Source: a virus. Taken from it: a stretch of DNA of 64,000 bases. The stretch lies in the IMG/VR virus record IMGVR_UViG_3300034954_001721. One strand, 5' to 3'. Each line of letters starts with the position of its first letter. The first letter of the stretch is position 1. The translations under genes and the position numbers were made by a program. Of this stretch, positions 29,225-38,190 are shown one piece after another. The notes under the pieces were generated by a model that saw only the letters and a list, made by a program, of their open reading frames with translations, made no database searches and was not told where the DNA came from.

Positions 29225-29590
29225 ATGAAGTACGATATTCCATCAGCATTACAAGTACTTACACCAGGAGCAGAATGGGTGCTTCGTGGTGATTCGTATT
29301 CTGGTTTGGAGTGGATTGATGGTCACGGACAAGATAAACCAACTCAAGCAGCAATTACTGCTAAAATCACAGAATTAGATAATGCAGAAGCAATGAAACT
29401 TCTGCGAGAAGAGAGAGATAGAAGAATTGCAAAGACTGATTGGAGAGCATCATCAGACCTTACACTTTCTTCAGAGTGGTCTACTTATAGGCAAGCACTT
29501 CGTGACCTTCCTTCTACAGCAACTCCAACCTTAGATGCTAGTTATAACTTAGATCTTACTTCTGTTACTTGGCCTACTGAACCTTCTTGA
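29225..29590 (+). CDS. Tail fibre assembly chaperone
   Basis: LREERDRRIAKTDW...W.TYRQALRDLP...WPTEP. Confidence 0.85.
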   Translation: MKYDIPSALQVLTPGAEWVLRGDSYSGLEWIDGHGQDKPTQAAITAKITELDNAEAMKLLREERDRRIAKTDWRASSDLTLSSEWSTYRQALRDLPSTATPTLDASYNLDLTSVTWPTEPS

Positions 29591-29591
29591 T

Positions 29592-30122
29592 ATGACTTCG
29601 CAAATTAGAGTAGATAGTATTGTACCAACAACTGGTGTACCTACTGGTGGTGGAGGAGGTATTGTTCAAGTAGTATCAAATACAAAGACTGATACTGCAA
29701 GTGTTAGTGGACTTACTTTTGGAGATGTGGGATTATCAGCAACCATTACCCCTAAATCCTCTAGTAATAAAATTTTAATATTAGTACAAGCAAATATTGG
29801 TTCTAGTGTTGGATATAGTATGAAGGCCAGATTGATGAGAGATAGTACTGCTATCCATATTGGTGATGCTGATGGTAACCGACCACGAGCAACTACAGAA
29901 GTCAGTCAAACTTATGGGAACACAATCACCTACAATGCCGACCAGGCAAATATGATATTCTTGGATTCTCCGGCAACCACATCACAAGTTACATATAAAA
30001 TACAAATGGCATCATATAGTAGTTATATAGTTTATATAAATCGAAATGGTGCCGACTTGGATACATCAAGTTATGATGCTAGCACAGCTTCTTCAATAAC
30101 ATTAATGGAGGTATCGGCATGA
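29592..30122 (+). CDS. Tail fibre tip / receptor-binding protein 2
   Basis: MTSQIRVDSI, GIVQVV, SATITPKSSSNKILI, LDSPATTSQVTYKIQ, SSITLMEV. Confidence 0.7.
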   Translation: MTSQIRVDSIVPTTGVPTGGGGGIVQVVSNTKTDTASVSGLTFGDVGLSATITPKSSSNKILILVQANIGSSVGYSMKARLMRDSTAIHIGDADGNRPRATTEVSQTYGNTITYNADQANMIFLDSPATTSQVTYKIQMASYSSYIVYINRNGADLDTSSYDASTASSITLMEVSA

Positions 30123-30412
30123 GTTATAATCACGAAGCAATATATCAAGTTCATACAAATGCCGTCAGGATTGATGATAGTCTTGGTGCATTTGATGCTG
30201 AGGGAAATAAAATATCTATAGATATTGATGCAGTTAATGCAGCTGCTGCAGAGATAGATGCTGCAAGAATTGTTGCTTATAAAAAAATGAGAAGGCATCA
30301 AGATTATATAAATGAATCAGATCCTCTATTCTTTAAGTATCAAAGAGGTGAAATTGAGAAATCTGTGTGGGAAGCAAAGGTAGCAGAAATAAAAAGTAGA
30401 ACTTATTCATAA
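30119..30412 (+). CDS. Putative fibre assembly chaperone
   Basis: RHQDYINESDPLFFKYQRGE....W...VAEIK.R motif; follows a tip gene. Confidence 0.65.
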   Translation: MSYNHEAIYQVHTNAVRIDDSLGAFDAEGNKISIDIDAVNAAAAEIDAARIVAYKKMRRHQDYINESDPLFFKYQRGEIEKSVWEAKVAEIKSRTYS

Positions 30413-30433
30413 GGTAAAGGAGCATTCGGCATA

Positions 30434-30988
30434 ATGAGTACAATCAAGGTAGATAGAATAGAACCACAAGATGGTTTACAGAGCAATGCTATGGGAGGTA
30501 TTGTTCAGGTTGTGCGTGCTGTTCATACCGGAACAGTAAGCGCAAGCACATCAACTTATGTAAGCACTGGTCTACAGGCATCCATCACACCTAGATCAGC
30601 ATCCAATAAAATTATGGTTTCATTTGAACATTCAATATATCATACCACTCAAAATGCTGATGTATATACACTTCATGGTATAAGAATAAAAAGAGGTACT
30701 CAAGTAATTTACACACCAGTAACTTCTAATAGTGGTAATAGTACTAGTTCTGGTCCATATGATTTTGGTCTTTATCATTCACATACTACTGTTTCCGACA
30801 ATTATTATCATAGATCTAGGGTAGAATATTTGGATAGTCCAGGTACAACTGGTACTTTAACATATTCAACAGAACTCTCTTGTTTTGGTGGTCAAGGTGT
30901 TGTATATTCAAATTATGTTGATCCAACCCCTGGTGTTACAGCATCGGCACCACAATCTTGGATGACTCTTGTTGAAATTACAGCATAA
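30434..30988 (+). CDS. Tail fibre tip / receptor-binding protein 3
   Basis: MSTIKVDRI, GIVQVV, ASITPRSASNKIMV, LDSPGTTGTLTY, SWMTLVEI. Confidence 0.7.
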   Translation: MSTIKVDRIEPQDGLQSNAMGGIVQVVRAVHTGTVSASTSTYVSTGLQASITPRSASNKIMVSFEHSIYHTTQNADVYTLHGIRIKRGTQVIYTPVTSNSGNSTSSGPYDFGLYHSHTTVSDNYYHRSRVEYLDSPGTTGTLTYSTELSCFGGQGVVYSNYVDPTPGVTASAPQSWMTLVEITA

Positions 30989-31016
30989 CAATAAATACAG
31001 GAAAGAATAATATAAG

Positions 31017-34000
31017 ATGGGCATAAAAGTACGGCATAATGGACAATGGGTAGAATTCACACCTCCTAGTAGTGGTGGTGTTGGTGTTGGTACTACAGAT
31101 AGGATTTCTGAAGGAAATTCAAAAGCAGAAATAATTGATACTGCAACTGAATCTAAATTCACTGTAGAAATTGATGCTGCGGAAAAATTTTCTGTTGATA
31201 TTGGTGGTCCAAAAATACATAGACAAGATAATTCTATTGAAGGTGGGTCTATAGTATTCAATAGAGCAGCAGATGATGTTGCTGCTTTTGAACTTGATGT
31301 TTATGGATCATCAAGTTCTGATTCGGGTAGATTTAGAATTGTAGATTCTACTGGTGGTGTAGAAAGATTTGCGATCGGACCTTCTGGACAAATTGGTCTT
31401 AGTGGTGCTAACTATGGAACCTCTGGTCAAGTATTAACTTCTAATGGTTCATCTAGTGCTCCTACATGGCAGACTGTTTCTGGTGGTTCTGGTGGTGGAG
31501 GAGAACCTGTAGGTACTATTATTGCTTGGTCTGGAACAGTAGCAACTATTCCAACTGGATATCAACTCTGCGATGGTTCTGCAGCATCAACATCAGAACT
31601 TCAAGCAATCACTGGTCCTAATGTACCTGATTTAACAAACAGATTCATTATTGGTGCCGATGCTGATGCTACAATTAATAGTGTCGTACTCCCAACAACA
31701 TCAATAACTGGTTCTGCAACAACAACTGGTGGAAGTAAGGATGCTGTTGTTGTTTCACACACTCATTCATATAATGATAGGTCAAATTCACAAGGAAATC
31801 CCAATAGTGTAACCGGAGGTCCTAGTGCGATTAATGACGGAGTGTTACCATCTACAACAGGAAATGCATCGGGAGGAGTAGTTGGAACCAATAAAAACCT
31901 TCCACCATATTATGCTCTCTGCTATATCATCAAGCACAGTGCAACAAGTGGTTCTGGTTCTAGTGGTGGTGGAATTGAATTATTATCACCAAAAACGGCA
32001 ACTGGAACATCAGTAGAATTTACTGATATTCCTGCAGGTGCAAAAGAAATTACATTAATGCTCAGTGAGGTTGGAATCTCAGATGATACTAATCATCTGT
32101 TAGTACAATTGGGAACAAGTTCTGGTTGGATTAACACTGGATATTATGCTTCTTCTGAAGCGGAAAATGGGACTACTGATGTTTCTGCTAGTGATGGATT
32201 CCCAATTCATAATGTCAATGATACAGATTCTGCCGGTAACCGTTTTACTGGTTCCATGATTATCAATCTGTTTAAAACAAGTCCATCTAAGACTTATACT
32301 CAGATTGGACAATTTAAAAGATACAATAATTCTAACGATTGCGAAGATTGTAGTAGTGCATGTCAAACTTATGGTAATTTAGATTCAATCAGTAATAATG
32401 CTGAAATAACCAGAATAAGAGTGCTTGCTAACCATACTGGTAGTGGTCAAAGCTTTACAAATGGTGAAATTAATATTTCATATAAGACTAGTGGTGTTGG
32501 TTCCACTAATAAAATAACTCAAGGAAATACATCAGCAGAAGTTGTAGACACAGGTTCTGATGGTCACTTTAAAGTTACAACAGAGGGTACAGAAAGACTC
32601 CGTATAAAGTCTGACGGTTTTGTTAGTGTTAAAGATAGTAGTGTAAACGACTTTCTTGTAATTCAACCCACACAAGTATTTGAATGGTATACACCTAGTG
32701 GTTACACCAGACAATTGAGTTCTCAGATTGGGACTCAAATTACCAGCGGCATTGTACCCAATAATGCAACAAGAAATACAGATGCTTTAGTTTATGATTA
32801 TTGTTGGGATAATTATGATATTTTTGATTTAGATGGTGATGGTATAGTTTCATATACAGACGCATTATTATTCTTTAGATATTACGCTAATACTGCTGAT
32901 TCTTCACTAATTGGCACTCAAACGAATGTATGGTCATCAAGAGCAACTAGAAATGACCATACATCAATTAGACAGTTTATGTCGAAATATGATAGTATAG
33001 AAAATACTAATACATCTTATAGTGCAGCATCAAAAAGTATATCAGGAGTTACTACTTCTACATCCACTAAGGTATTAGGTATTGGTGCTTCTGTTAGTGG
33101 AACGGATATTCCTGCAGGATCATTTATTGAATCTATTCAAGTTGGTGCAATAACAATAAATCAAAATCCAACAGGCACTCAAACAAATGCAACAATCACT
33201 ATTGGAAATGGTGCCCATGATATTGATGGAGATGGTACGTTCAATCAGTTTAGTGATGGACTTATTCTCCTGAGAATTTTTTCTGGATCATCATCACCAT
33301 CAGCTGATACACCTGAAGATTATGAATCATATGATTTCAATAATGATTCATTTTTAAATCCTGATGATGGTGGTGTAGCACAGTTTAGAATTTTAAGACA
33401 AGGCGTTGGTATTGGAACAACACAACCTGATAATAGGTTGCAAGTAGGTACAGGTAATAGTTCTTTTAATGTTACTGATTTAGGTTTGGTTGGTATTGGA
33501 ACTGATAACCCAATATATAAATTGGACGTTCTTGGGACTAACGTACTTGCAAATATAAAAAGTACAAATAATAACTACGTCCTTCAATTTGCTGGAAATA
33601 ACTGTCCATATGATGTATATGTAGGAACAGATAATGCAAATAATTTCCTTTTTGCTAATGAAAATAATGATGGAACATTTTCAGAAAGACTTCGTATTGG
33701 ATCTGCTGGACAAATTGGTCTTAGTGGAGCAAATTATGGAACGCCAGGTCAAGTATTAACTTCTGGTGGTTCTAGCGCAAATGTTACTTGGACTACTCCT
33801 TCCTCTGGTGGACTGTCACAATTAAAGGTCAGACAATTTACTAGTAACACTACATATACTCCAACTAGTGGTGCTACACATTTTATTGTTTATGCAACTG
33901 GAGGTGGTGGAGGTTCTGGTGGTGGTACACCTACTGGTGGTGCAGGTGGTGGGGGCACTGCTATCCGTGCATATAATTCTACACAAATGGGCAGCAGTGC

Positions 34001-34412
34001 CTCTATAACGATAGGTGGTGGAGGTTCTGGTGGTAGTGCTAGTAGTAGTGATTGGAATCTCAATAATGGTAGTCATGGTGGAGATACCACATTCAATCCT
34101 GGTGGCACTGGTACTACAATAACAGGTGGTGGTGGAAGAAGATCAACTGCTACTGGTGGTGGTGCAGGAGGAACTGCAACAAATGGACAGTCCAATTTGA
34201 CTGGAATGAGTGGAGCTAGTACACGAGTTATTGGTGGGTTGAATAGCGAATCTACTCCTGCTGCTGGAGGATCATCACACTTTCAACATAGAGGTCATGG
34301 GGGTGATGGTGCATATGGATATTCGGCTGATAATCAAGATGATGTTTCGTATTCTGCAGGTTCTGGAAATTCTGGAACTGCCGGTATAGTTATTGTTTAT
34401 GAATATGGTTAA
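31017..34412 (+). CDS. Modular tail fibre with collar domain, dockerin/EF-hand-like motifs and Gly-rich tip
   Basis: Collar motifs shared with 22064; DLDGDG and DIDGDG motifs; GGGGSGG...GIVIVYEY C-terminus; late promoter ATAAATA at 30991. Confidence 0.8.
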   Translation: MGIKVRHNGQWVEFTPPSSGGVGVGTTDRISEGNSKAEIIDTATESKFTVEIDAAEKFSVDIGGPKIHRQDNSIEGGSIVFNRAADDVAAFELDVYGSSSSDSGRFRIVDSTGGVERFAIGPSGQIGLSGANYGTSGQVLTSNGSSSAPTWQTVSGGSGGGGEPVGTIIAWSGTVATIPTGYQLCDGSAASTSELQAITGPNVPDLTNRFIIGADADATINSVVLPTTSITGSATTTGGSKDAVVVSHTHSYNDRSNSQGNPNSVTGGPSAINDGVLPSTTGNASGGVVGTNKNLPPYYALCYIIKHSATSGSGSSGGGIELLSPKTATGTSVEFTDIPAGAKEITLMLSEVGISDDTNHLLVQLGTSSGWINTGYYASSEAENGTTDVSASDGFPIHNVNDTDSAGNRFTGSMIINLFKTSPSKTYTQIGQFKRYNNSNDCEDCSSACQTYGNLDSISNNAEITRIRVLANHTGSGQSFTNGEINISYKTSGVGSTNKITQGNTSAEVVDTGSDGHFKVTTEGTERLRIKSDGFVSVKDSSVNDFLVIQPTQVFEWYTPSGYTRQLSSQIGTQITSGIVPNNATRNTDALVYDYCWDNYDIFDLDGDGIVSYTDALLFFRYYANTADSSLIGTQTNVWSSRATRNDHTSIRQFMSKYDSIENTNTSYSAASKSISGVTTSTSTKVLGIGASVSGTDIPAGSFIESIQVGAITINQNPTGTQTNATITIGNGAHDIDGDGTFNQFSDGLILLRIFSGSSSPSADTPEDYESYDFNNDSFLNPDDGGVAQFRILRQGVGIGTTQPDNRLQVGTGNSSFNVTDLGLVGIGTDNPIYKLDVLGTNVLANIKSTNNNYVLQFAGNNCPYDVYVGTDNANNFLFANENNDGTFSERLRIGSAGQIGLSGANYGTPGQVLTSGGSSANVTWTTPSSGGLSQLKVRQFTSNTTYTPTSGATHFIVYATGGGGGSGGGTPTGGAGGGGTAIRAYNSTQMGSSASITIGGGGSGGSASSSDWNLNNGSHGGDTTFNPGGTGTTITGGGGRRSTATGGGAGGTATNGQSNLTGMSGASTRVIGGLNSESTPAAGGSSHFQHRGHGGDGAYGYSADNQDDVSYSAGSGNSGTAGIVIVYEYG

Positions 34413-34426
34413 AGGAGGTAATTAAA

Positions 34427-34792
34427 ATGGCAAATTATGCAATTATAGAAAATCAAACAATTACTAATGTAGTAGAATGGGATGGAGATACTAACAACTG
34501 GTCTCCTCCAGATGGTTCTATCGCAATTCTTTTAGATACTACTAACATAGGAATAGGAGATAGTTATGTCGGAGGAAATTTTGTAAAGACAGATATTTAC
34601 ACAACTGCTGAACGTTGGCAGGGTCTAAGAAATATGAGAAATGGGCTTTTAGCAGAAACTGATTGGTCACAATTAGGAGACATTCCTGTAGGAATTAAGA
34701 GTTCATATCAAAAATATAGACAAGAACTACGCGATTTACCTGCAAATATATCAGAACCTCGTAATGTCACATGGCCAGAGCATCCAGAATAA
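34427..34792 (+). CDS. Tail fibre assembly chaperone
   Basis: MANYAIIEN..., LRNMRNGLLAETDW...YRQELRDLP...WPEHP. Confidence 0.85.
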   Translation: MANYAIIENQTITNVVEWDGDTNNWSPPDGSIAILLDTTNIGIGDSYVGGNFVKTDIYTTAERWQGLRNMRNGLLAETDWSQLGDIPVGIKSSYQKYRQELRDLPANISEPRNVTWPEHPE

Positions 34793-35358
34793 AAGTAACA
34801 GCATCTCTGCAAAAACAATTAGAAGATAATATAAACTTTGATGAAATAAATTATTTTGTTAGAAGAGATGGAGAAGGTGAATCTAAATTTTTTCCTGAAT
34901 GGGAGAATGAAATTTCCGAAGAAAAATTAATTTCGATTAAATCAAAGAATCTTATTCTTGACACTTCAGGTAATAAAAATTTAGTCCATTTTCCAAGAAA
35001 ACATGCTATTAGAATAAAACCGATAATAAAATCATTGTTTCCAAATAGGAAGATAAGAACAAGTGGATTTTTTTATTATCCTAAGACTGGATATATGGGA
35101 TGGCATACAAATTGTAGTACACCATCTGATACACTTTATGTTACATATTCAACAGGTGTTTCATTTTTTAGATATTATGATGGGGAGAAAGTTGTAACAG
35201 ATTATGATGATTGTGGATTTACTATTAGAAAGTTTAAAAATAGAGCACAAAAACCATATTTCTGGCACTGTGTAGGAAGTGATTGTGATAGATTTAGTTT
35301 TGGTTTTCGATTATTCGGTGGTTGTGAAGAAGGGAGTCTAGAAACTCCTCCCTCTTAA
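34771..35358 (+). CDS. Putative 2OG-Fe(II)/cupin-fold oxygenase
   Basis: GYMGWHTN...FWHCVGS..DRFSFGF; start uncertain. Confidence 0.55.
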   Translation: MARASRIKVTASLQKQLEDNINFDEINYFVRRDGEGESKFFPEWENEISEEKLISIKSKNLILDTSGNKNLVHFPRKHAIRIKPIIKSLFPNRKIRTSGFFYYPKTGYMGWHTNCSTPSDTLYVTYSTGVSFFRYYDGEKVVTDYDDCGFTIRKFKNRAQKPYFWHCVGSDCDRFSFGFRLFGGCEEGSLETPPS

Positions 35359-35674
35359 TTACGTAAAATAAACTTTCATATATGTTATTATTTTTCATTT
35401 TTACTATTCTGTGATTTCCATCTATCAATCTATATTTTAAATTGAGTGGATTTTCACATTCACAAACTATTCCTGGAAATGATGTATCACATTTTTCATA
35501 TCTTTTTTGATTGGAAATTCCTTTATATGCAATTTCTGAGTGCTTTATTGTTGTCAAACGTTCATCAAAGAGAAAAGGTTTCAAATAAAATAAATCAATT
35601 ACACAATTATTACCATTGATACTCCAATCTCCACAAAATTTGCTATTTGTACAAACATGAAATCCTTTTAACAT
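35294..35674 (-). CDS. ParB/Srx-like domain protein
   Basis: DTSFPGIV...YRLIDGNHRIVK motif. Confidence 0.6.
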   Translation of the reverse strand: MLKGFHVCTNSKFCGDWSINGNNCVIDLFYLKPFLFDERLTTIKHSEIAYKGISNQKRYEKCDTSFPGIVCECENPLNLKYRLIDGNHRIVKMKNNNIYESLFYVIKREEFLDSLLHNHRIIENQN

Positions 35675-35721
35675 TACACTTTCGCTTGTATACTTAAATA
35701 AATATAAGAAAAAAAATTATA

Positions 35722-36633
35722 ATGGGAACTAAAATTAGAGTTGATGGTGAATGGGTTGATTTAGAAATTAACAGCACAGTTTCTCCTGATGGTCTTGATG
35801 GATCTTGGACAACTACCAGTAAACAGCATGATACGTATTATACTAATGGAGCATCATTAATCTATGTAAGTGCAATTTTTAGGGTTAAGACAATTGGTAA
35901 TGATAGTAATGGCGTAACAGCAGGTAGTAGTGCTTGGGTATATGTATCTGACCCAGGTGAAACTGGAACAAATCTTTCAAACTATACTAATATATCTAGA
36001 GTGAGAGATAATGGAACAGCAGATGCAGAAAATCTTTATCTAAATGTAAGATTTTTTGTTCCACCATCATGTAAGTATATTGTAAAACTGTATAATAGCA
36101 GTTTATCTGATTGGGGTAATAATAGTAGAATTTCCACACTTTCTTGGAATGAATTTGGTATTAATTTGAAAACTCCAGATCATAATTTTACTTCATTAGA
36201 TTCTAATAGTAATAATTTTCAGCGTTGTGGTAAAGCACCCTCAACAGCTATAATCAATGCTTCCAATTCTGTGACGAATGGATGGTCAGATTTTATGGAG
36301 GAGTTTGCAGTATGGCATGAACCTGGAAATGTTGGAACACTTAGTCAAGCATATTCAACAACATATACAATAAATATCACAAAAGCAGGTGATTATACAT
36401 TAGAATATGGTATAGATGATTTTGGAAGCATAACTTTTGATGGAACACAAGTTGCATCAGCTGTTGAAGCTGATGCAACATGGACAAATGATCCACCTAG
36501 CTCTGTTACATTATCAAATGTAAGTATTGGGTCGCATACATTAGTTGTAACCGTAACTAATAGTCCAAATTCAAATGCTTGGGATACCAATCCTGCAGGC
36601 ATTGCATGGAGACTTAAACCTTTTGGAACCTAA
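35722..36633 (+). CDS. Putative accessory receptor-binding protein (RDNG-family domain plus PA14-like beta-sandwich)
   Basis: Paralog of the next two ORFs; C-terminal YTLEYGIDDFGSITFDG...NPAGIAW; late promoter ATAAATA at 35698. Confidence 0.6.
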   Translation: MGTKIRVDGEWVDLEINSTVSPDGLDGSWTTTSKQHDTYYTNGASLIYVSAIFRVKTIGNDSNGVTAGSSAWVYVSDPGETGTNLSNYTNISRVRDNGTADAENLYLNVRFFVPPSCKYIVKLYNSSLSDWGNNSRISTLSWNEFGINLKTPDHNFTSLDSNSNNFQRCGKAPSTAIINASNSVTNGWSDFMEEFAVWHEPGNVGTLSQAYSTTYTINITKAGDYTLEYGIDDFGSITFDGTQVASAVEADATWTNDPPSSVTLSNVSIGSHTLVVTVTNSPNSNAWDTNPAGIAWRLKPFGT

Positions 36634-36642
36634 AGAAATAAA

Positions 36643-37122
36643 ATGCCAATAAGAGTTAGAGAAGGAAACACTTGGAAATTAGTTGCAAATCCTACAGGAA
36701 TTTCTGATACTGTAACGGGTAGTTATGAGTATTATGGACCTGGTGAAACGACCGAAAAAGTTGCTAATACATCATATACAAATAATACAACCAAACTTAT
36801 TCATGTTAGTGCCACAATAGGTATAGATAGAAATGCATCAATTGGTAGTGGCAATAATGCAAAGGAACTTATTGCAGGAAGTTACATTCTTGCATCAATA
36901 ACTTCTCCACAAAATGTAACTACTGAAGTTGCTAACATTAGAGATAACGGTAGTATAAACACACAATATTTGTTTTTAAATCCACAATTTTTTGTACCTG
37001 TTGGATATAGTTACATAATTAAATTGTATGATTCTGATGATAATCATTGGTCAGATAATACAACTTATCCAAACGCTGTAGAAACATTTGCTTGGTCAGA
37101 ATTTAAATTTCAATTACAATAA
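36643..37122 (+). CDS. Putative accessory receptor-binding protein (RDNG-family paralog)
   Basis: YTNNT.KLI.VSA...RDNG...FFVP....YII...W.EF shared with neighbours. Confidence 0.6.
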   Translation: MPIRVREGNTWKLVANPTGISDTVTGSYEYYGPGETTEKVANTSYTNNTTKLIHVSATIGIDRNASIGSGNNAKELIAGSYILASITSPQNVTTEVANIRDNGSINTQYLFLNPQFFVPVGYSYIIKLYDSDDNHWSDNTTYPNAVETFAWSEFKFQLQ

Positions 37123-37598
37123 TGGCAGTACATCTTAGAAAAAATGGAGTCTGGACTAATATCACTTTTGATATTACACCATTTGCTGTTGGCGGAACCT
37201 GGAGTGATGAAACAAGTAATAGACTTTATAGAGATACTAGTGATACTGACATAGAACAGGCAAAAAGAATATACACAAATAATACAGGTAAATTAATTCT
37301 TGTTCGTGCCGTACCGGGGATAGACAGAGTTGCTAGAGGTTTGTCTACTAATGATATTTCTGGATCTTATGCGATTGCATATGTAGATGACGTGGAAGTT
37401 GCTAGATTTAGAGATAATGGAACAAATTCAGCAGATAAACTTAGAATTGAACTTCAGTTCTTTGTTCCAAATTATAGTGAATATTATATAAAAGTTTTTA
37501 AGAAAAATCATAACCAGAGTCAGACTTGGCAGGGTGATGACTCCAATGGTAACACGTATGTTGAAACAATTGAGTGGTTTGAATTTACATTTCAGTAA
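37122..37598 (+). CDS. Putative accessory receptor-binding protein (RDNG-family paralog)
   Basis: Same motif series: YTNNTGKLI, RDNGT, FFVP, W.EF. Confidence 0.6.
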   Translation: MAVHLRKNGVWTNITFDITPFAVGGTWSDETSNRLYRDTSDTDIEQAKRIYTNNTGKLILVRAVPGIDRVARGLSTNDISGSYAIAYVDDVEVARFRDNGTNSADKLRIELQFFVPNYSEYYIKVFKKNHNQSQTWQGDDSNGNTYVETIEWFEFTFQ

Positions 37599-37603
37599 CA
37601 CCC

Positions 37604-37632
37604 TTGACTACCCACCTCAAATACGTTATAAT
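37604..37632 (+). promoter_or_regulatory. Sigma70-type early promoter
   Basis: TTGACT-17 nt-TATAAT. Confidence 0.85.
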
Positions 37633-37655
37633 ATCTGGGTAGTCAAGACAAGCAC

Positions 37656-37853
37656 ATGAACGAAACTTATGTTGCTGGCGTCGTCATTGATGTCTGTACT
37701 CGTTCTTTTCTCCTCTTCAGCGATGCAGGAGATGAAAAAATGGTAAAATGTGAAACTGCTGAGCAGTTTATGAATGTGCTAGAAGTTTGCACTTCTCATC
37801 TTAATGATGATCAGATTGAATATGCAAATTTAACAGTAGCAGGAGAGATTTGA
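37656..37853 (+). CDS. Conserved cyanophage hypothetical protein
   Basis: ORF directly after the promoter; VVIDVCTRSFLLFSD. Confidence 0.75.
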   Translation: MNETYVAGVVIDVCTRSFLLFSDAGDEKMVKCETAEQFMNVLEVCTSHLNDDQIEYANLTVAGEI

Positions 37854-38026
37854 TGGAAGTATTTACAATTGAGGAATGGGAAAAAAACTTTGATGAACTC
37901 TTCGCAAGAGTTGAAAATGGAGAAACAATAGGTATAGTCAAAGAAGATGGACAGGCAGCAGTAATGATGCCTGCCGATGATGAAATTGTGCGAATATACA
38001 CAGAGCAAAATAACGAAGCTCAGTAA
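37853..38026 (+). CDS. Phd/YefM-like antitoxin-fold protein (57 aa, absent from ORF track)
   Basis: Hand translation MEVFTIEEWEKNFDELFARVENGETIGIVKEDGQAAVMMPADDEIVRIYTEQNNEAQ*; TGATG coupling. Confidence 0.6.
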   Translation: MEVFTIEEWEKNFDELFARVENGETIGIVKEDGQAAVMMPADDEIVRIYTEQNNEAQ

Positions 38027-38037
38027 TTTCATCATCT

Positions 38038-38109
38038 GGGACTATCGCATATTGGTTAATGCCCACTGCTTATAACGGTGTGAACTGGGTTCAATTCCCA
38101 GTAGTCCTA
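38038..38109 (+). tRNA. tRNA-Ile(UAU)
   Basis: GGGACTA/TAGTCCT acceptor stem, CACTG-CTTATAA-CGGTG anticodon arm, GTTCAAT T loop; no encoded CCA. Confidence 0.9.
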
Positions 38110-38112
38110 TTT

Positions 38113-38185
38113 GCTTCCTTAGCAATCTGGTGAATGCAGCAAACTCATAATTTGCCTAAGGAGAGTTCGATCCTCTCAGGAAGCA
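38113..38185 (+). tRNA. tRNA with CAU anticodon (elongator Met or Ile2)
   Basis: GCTTCCT/AGGAAGC acceptor stem, GCAAA-CTCATAA-TTTGC, GTTCGAT; lacks initiator hallmarks. Confidence 0.88.
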
Positions 38186-38190
38186 CCTAA

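Noticed and set aside
22064-37598. Diversity-generating retroelement or invertible shufflon behind fibre variation
   Set aside because: No reverse transcriptase or recombinase in the window; duplicated modules are direct repeats and their differences are not adenine-specific
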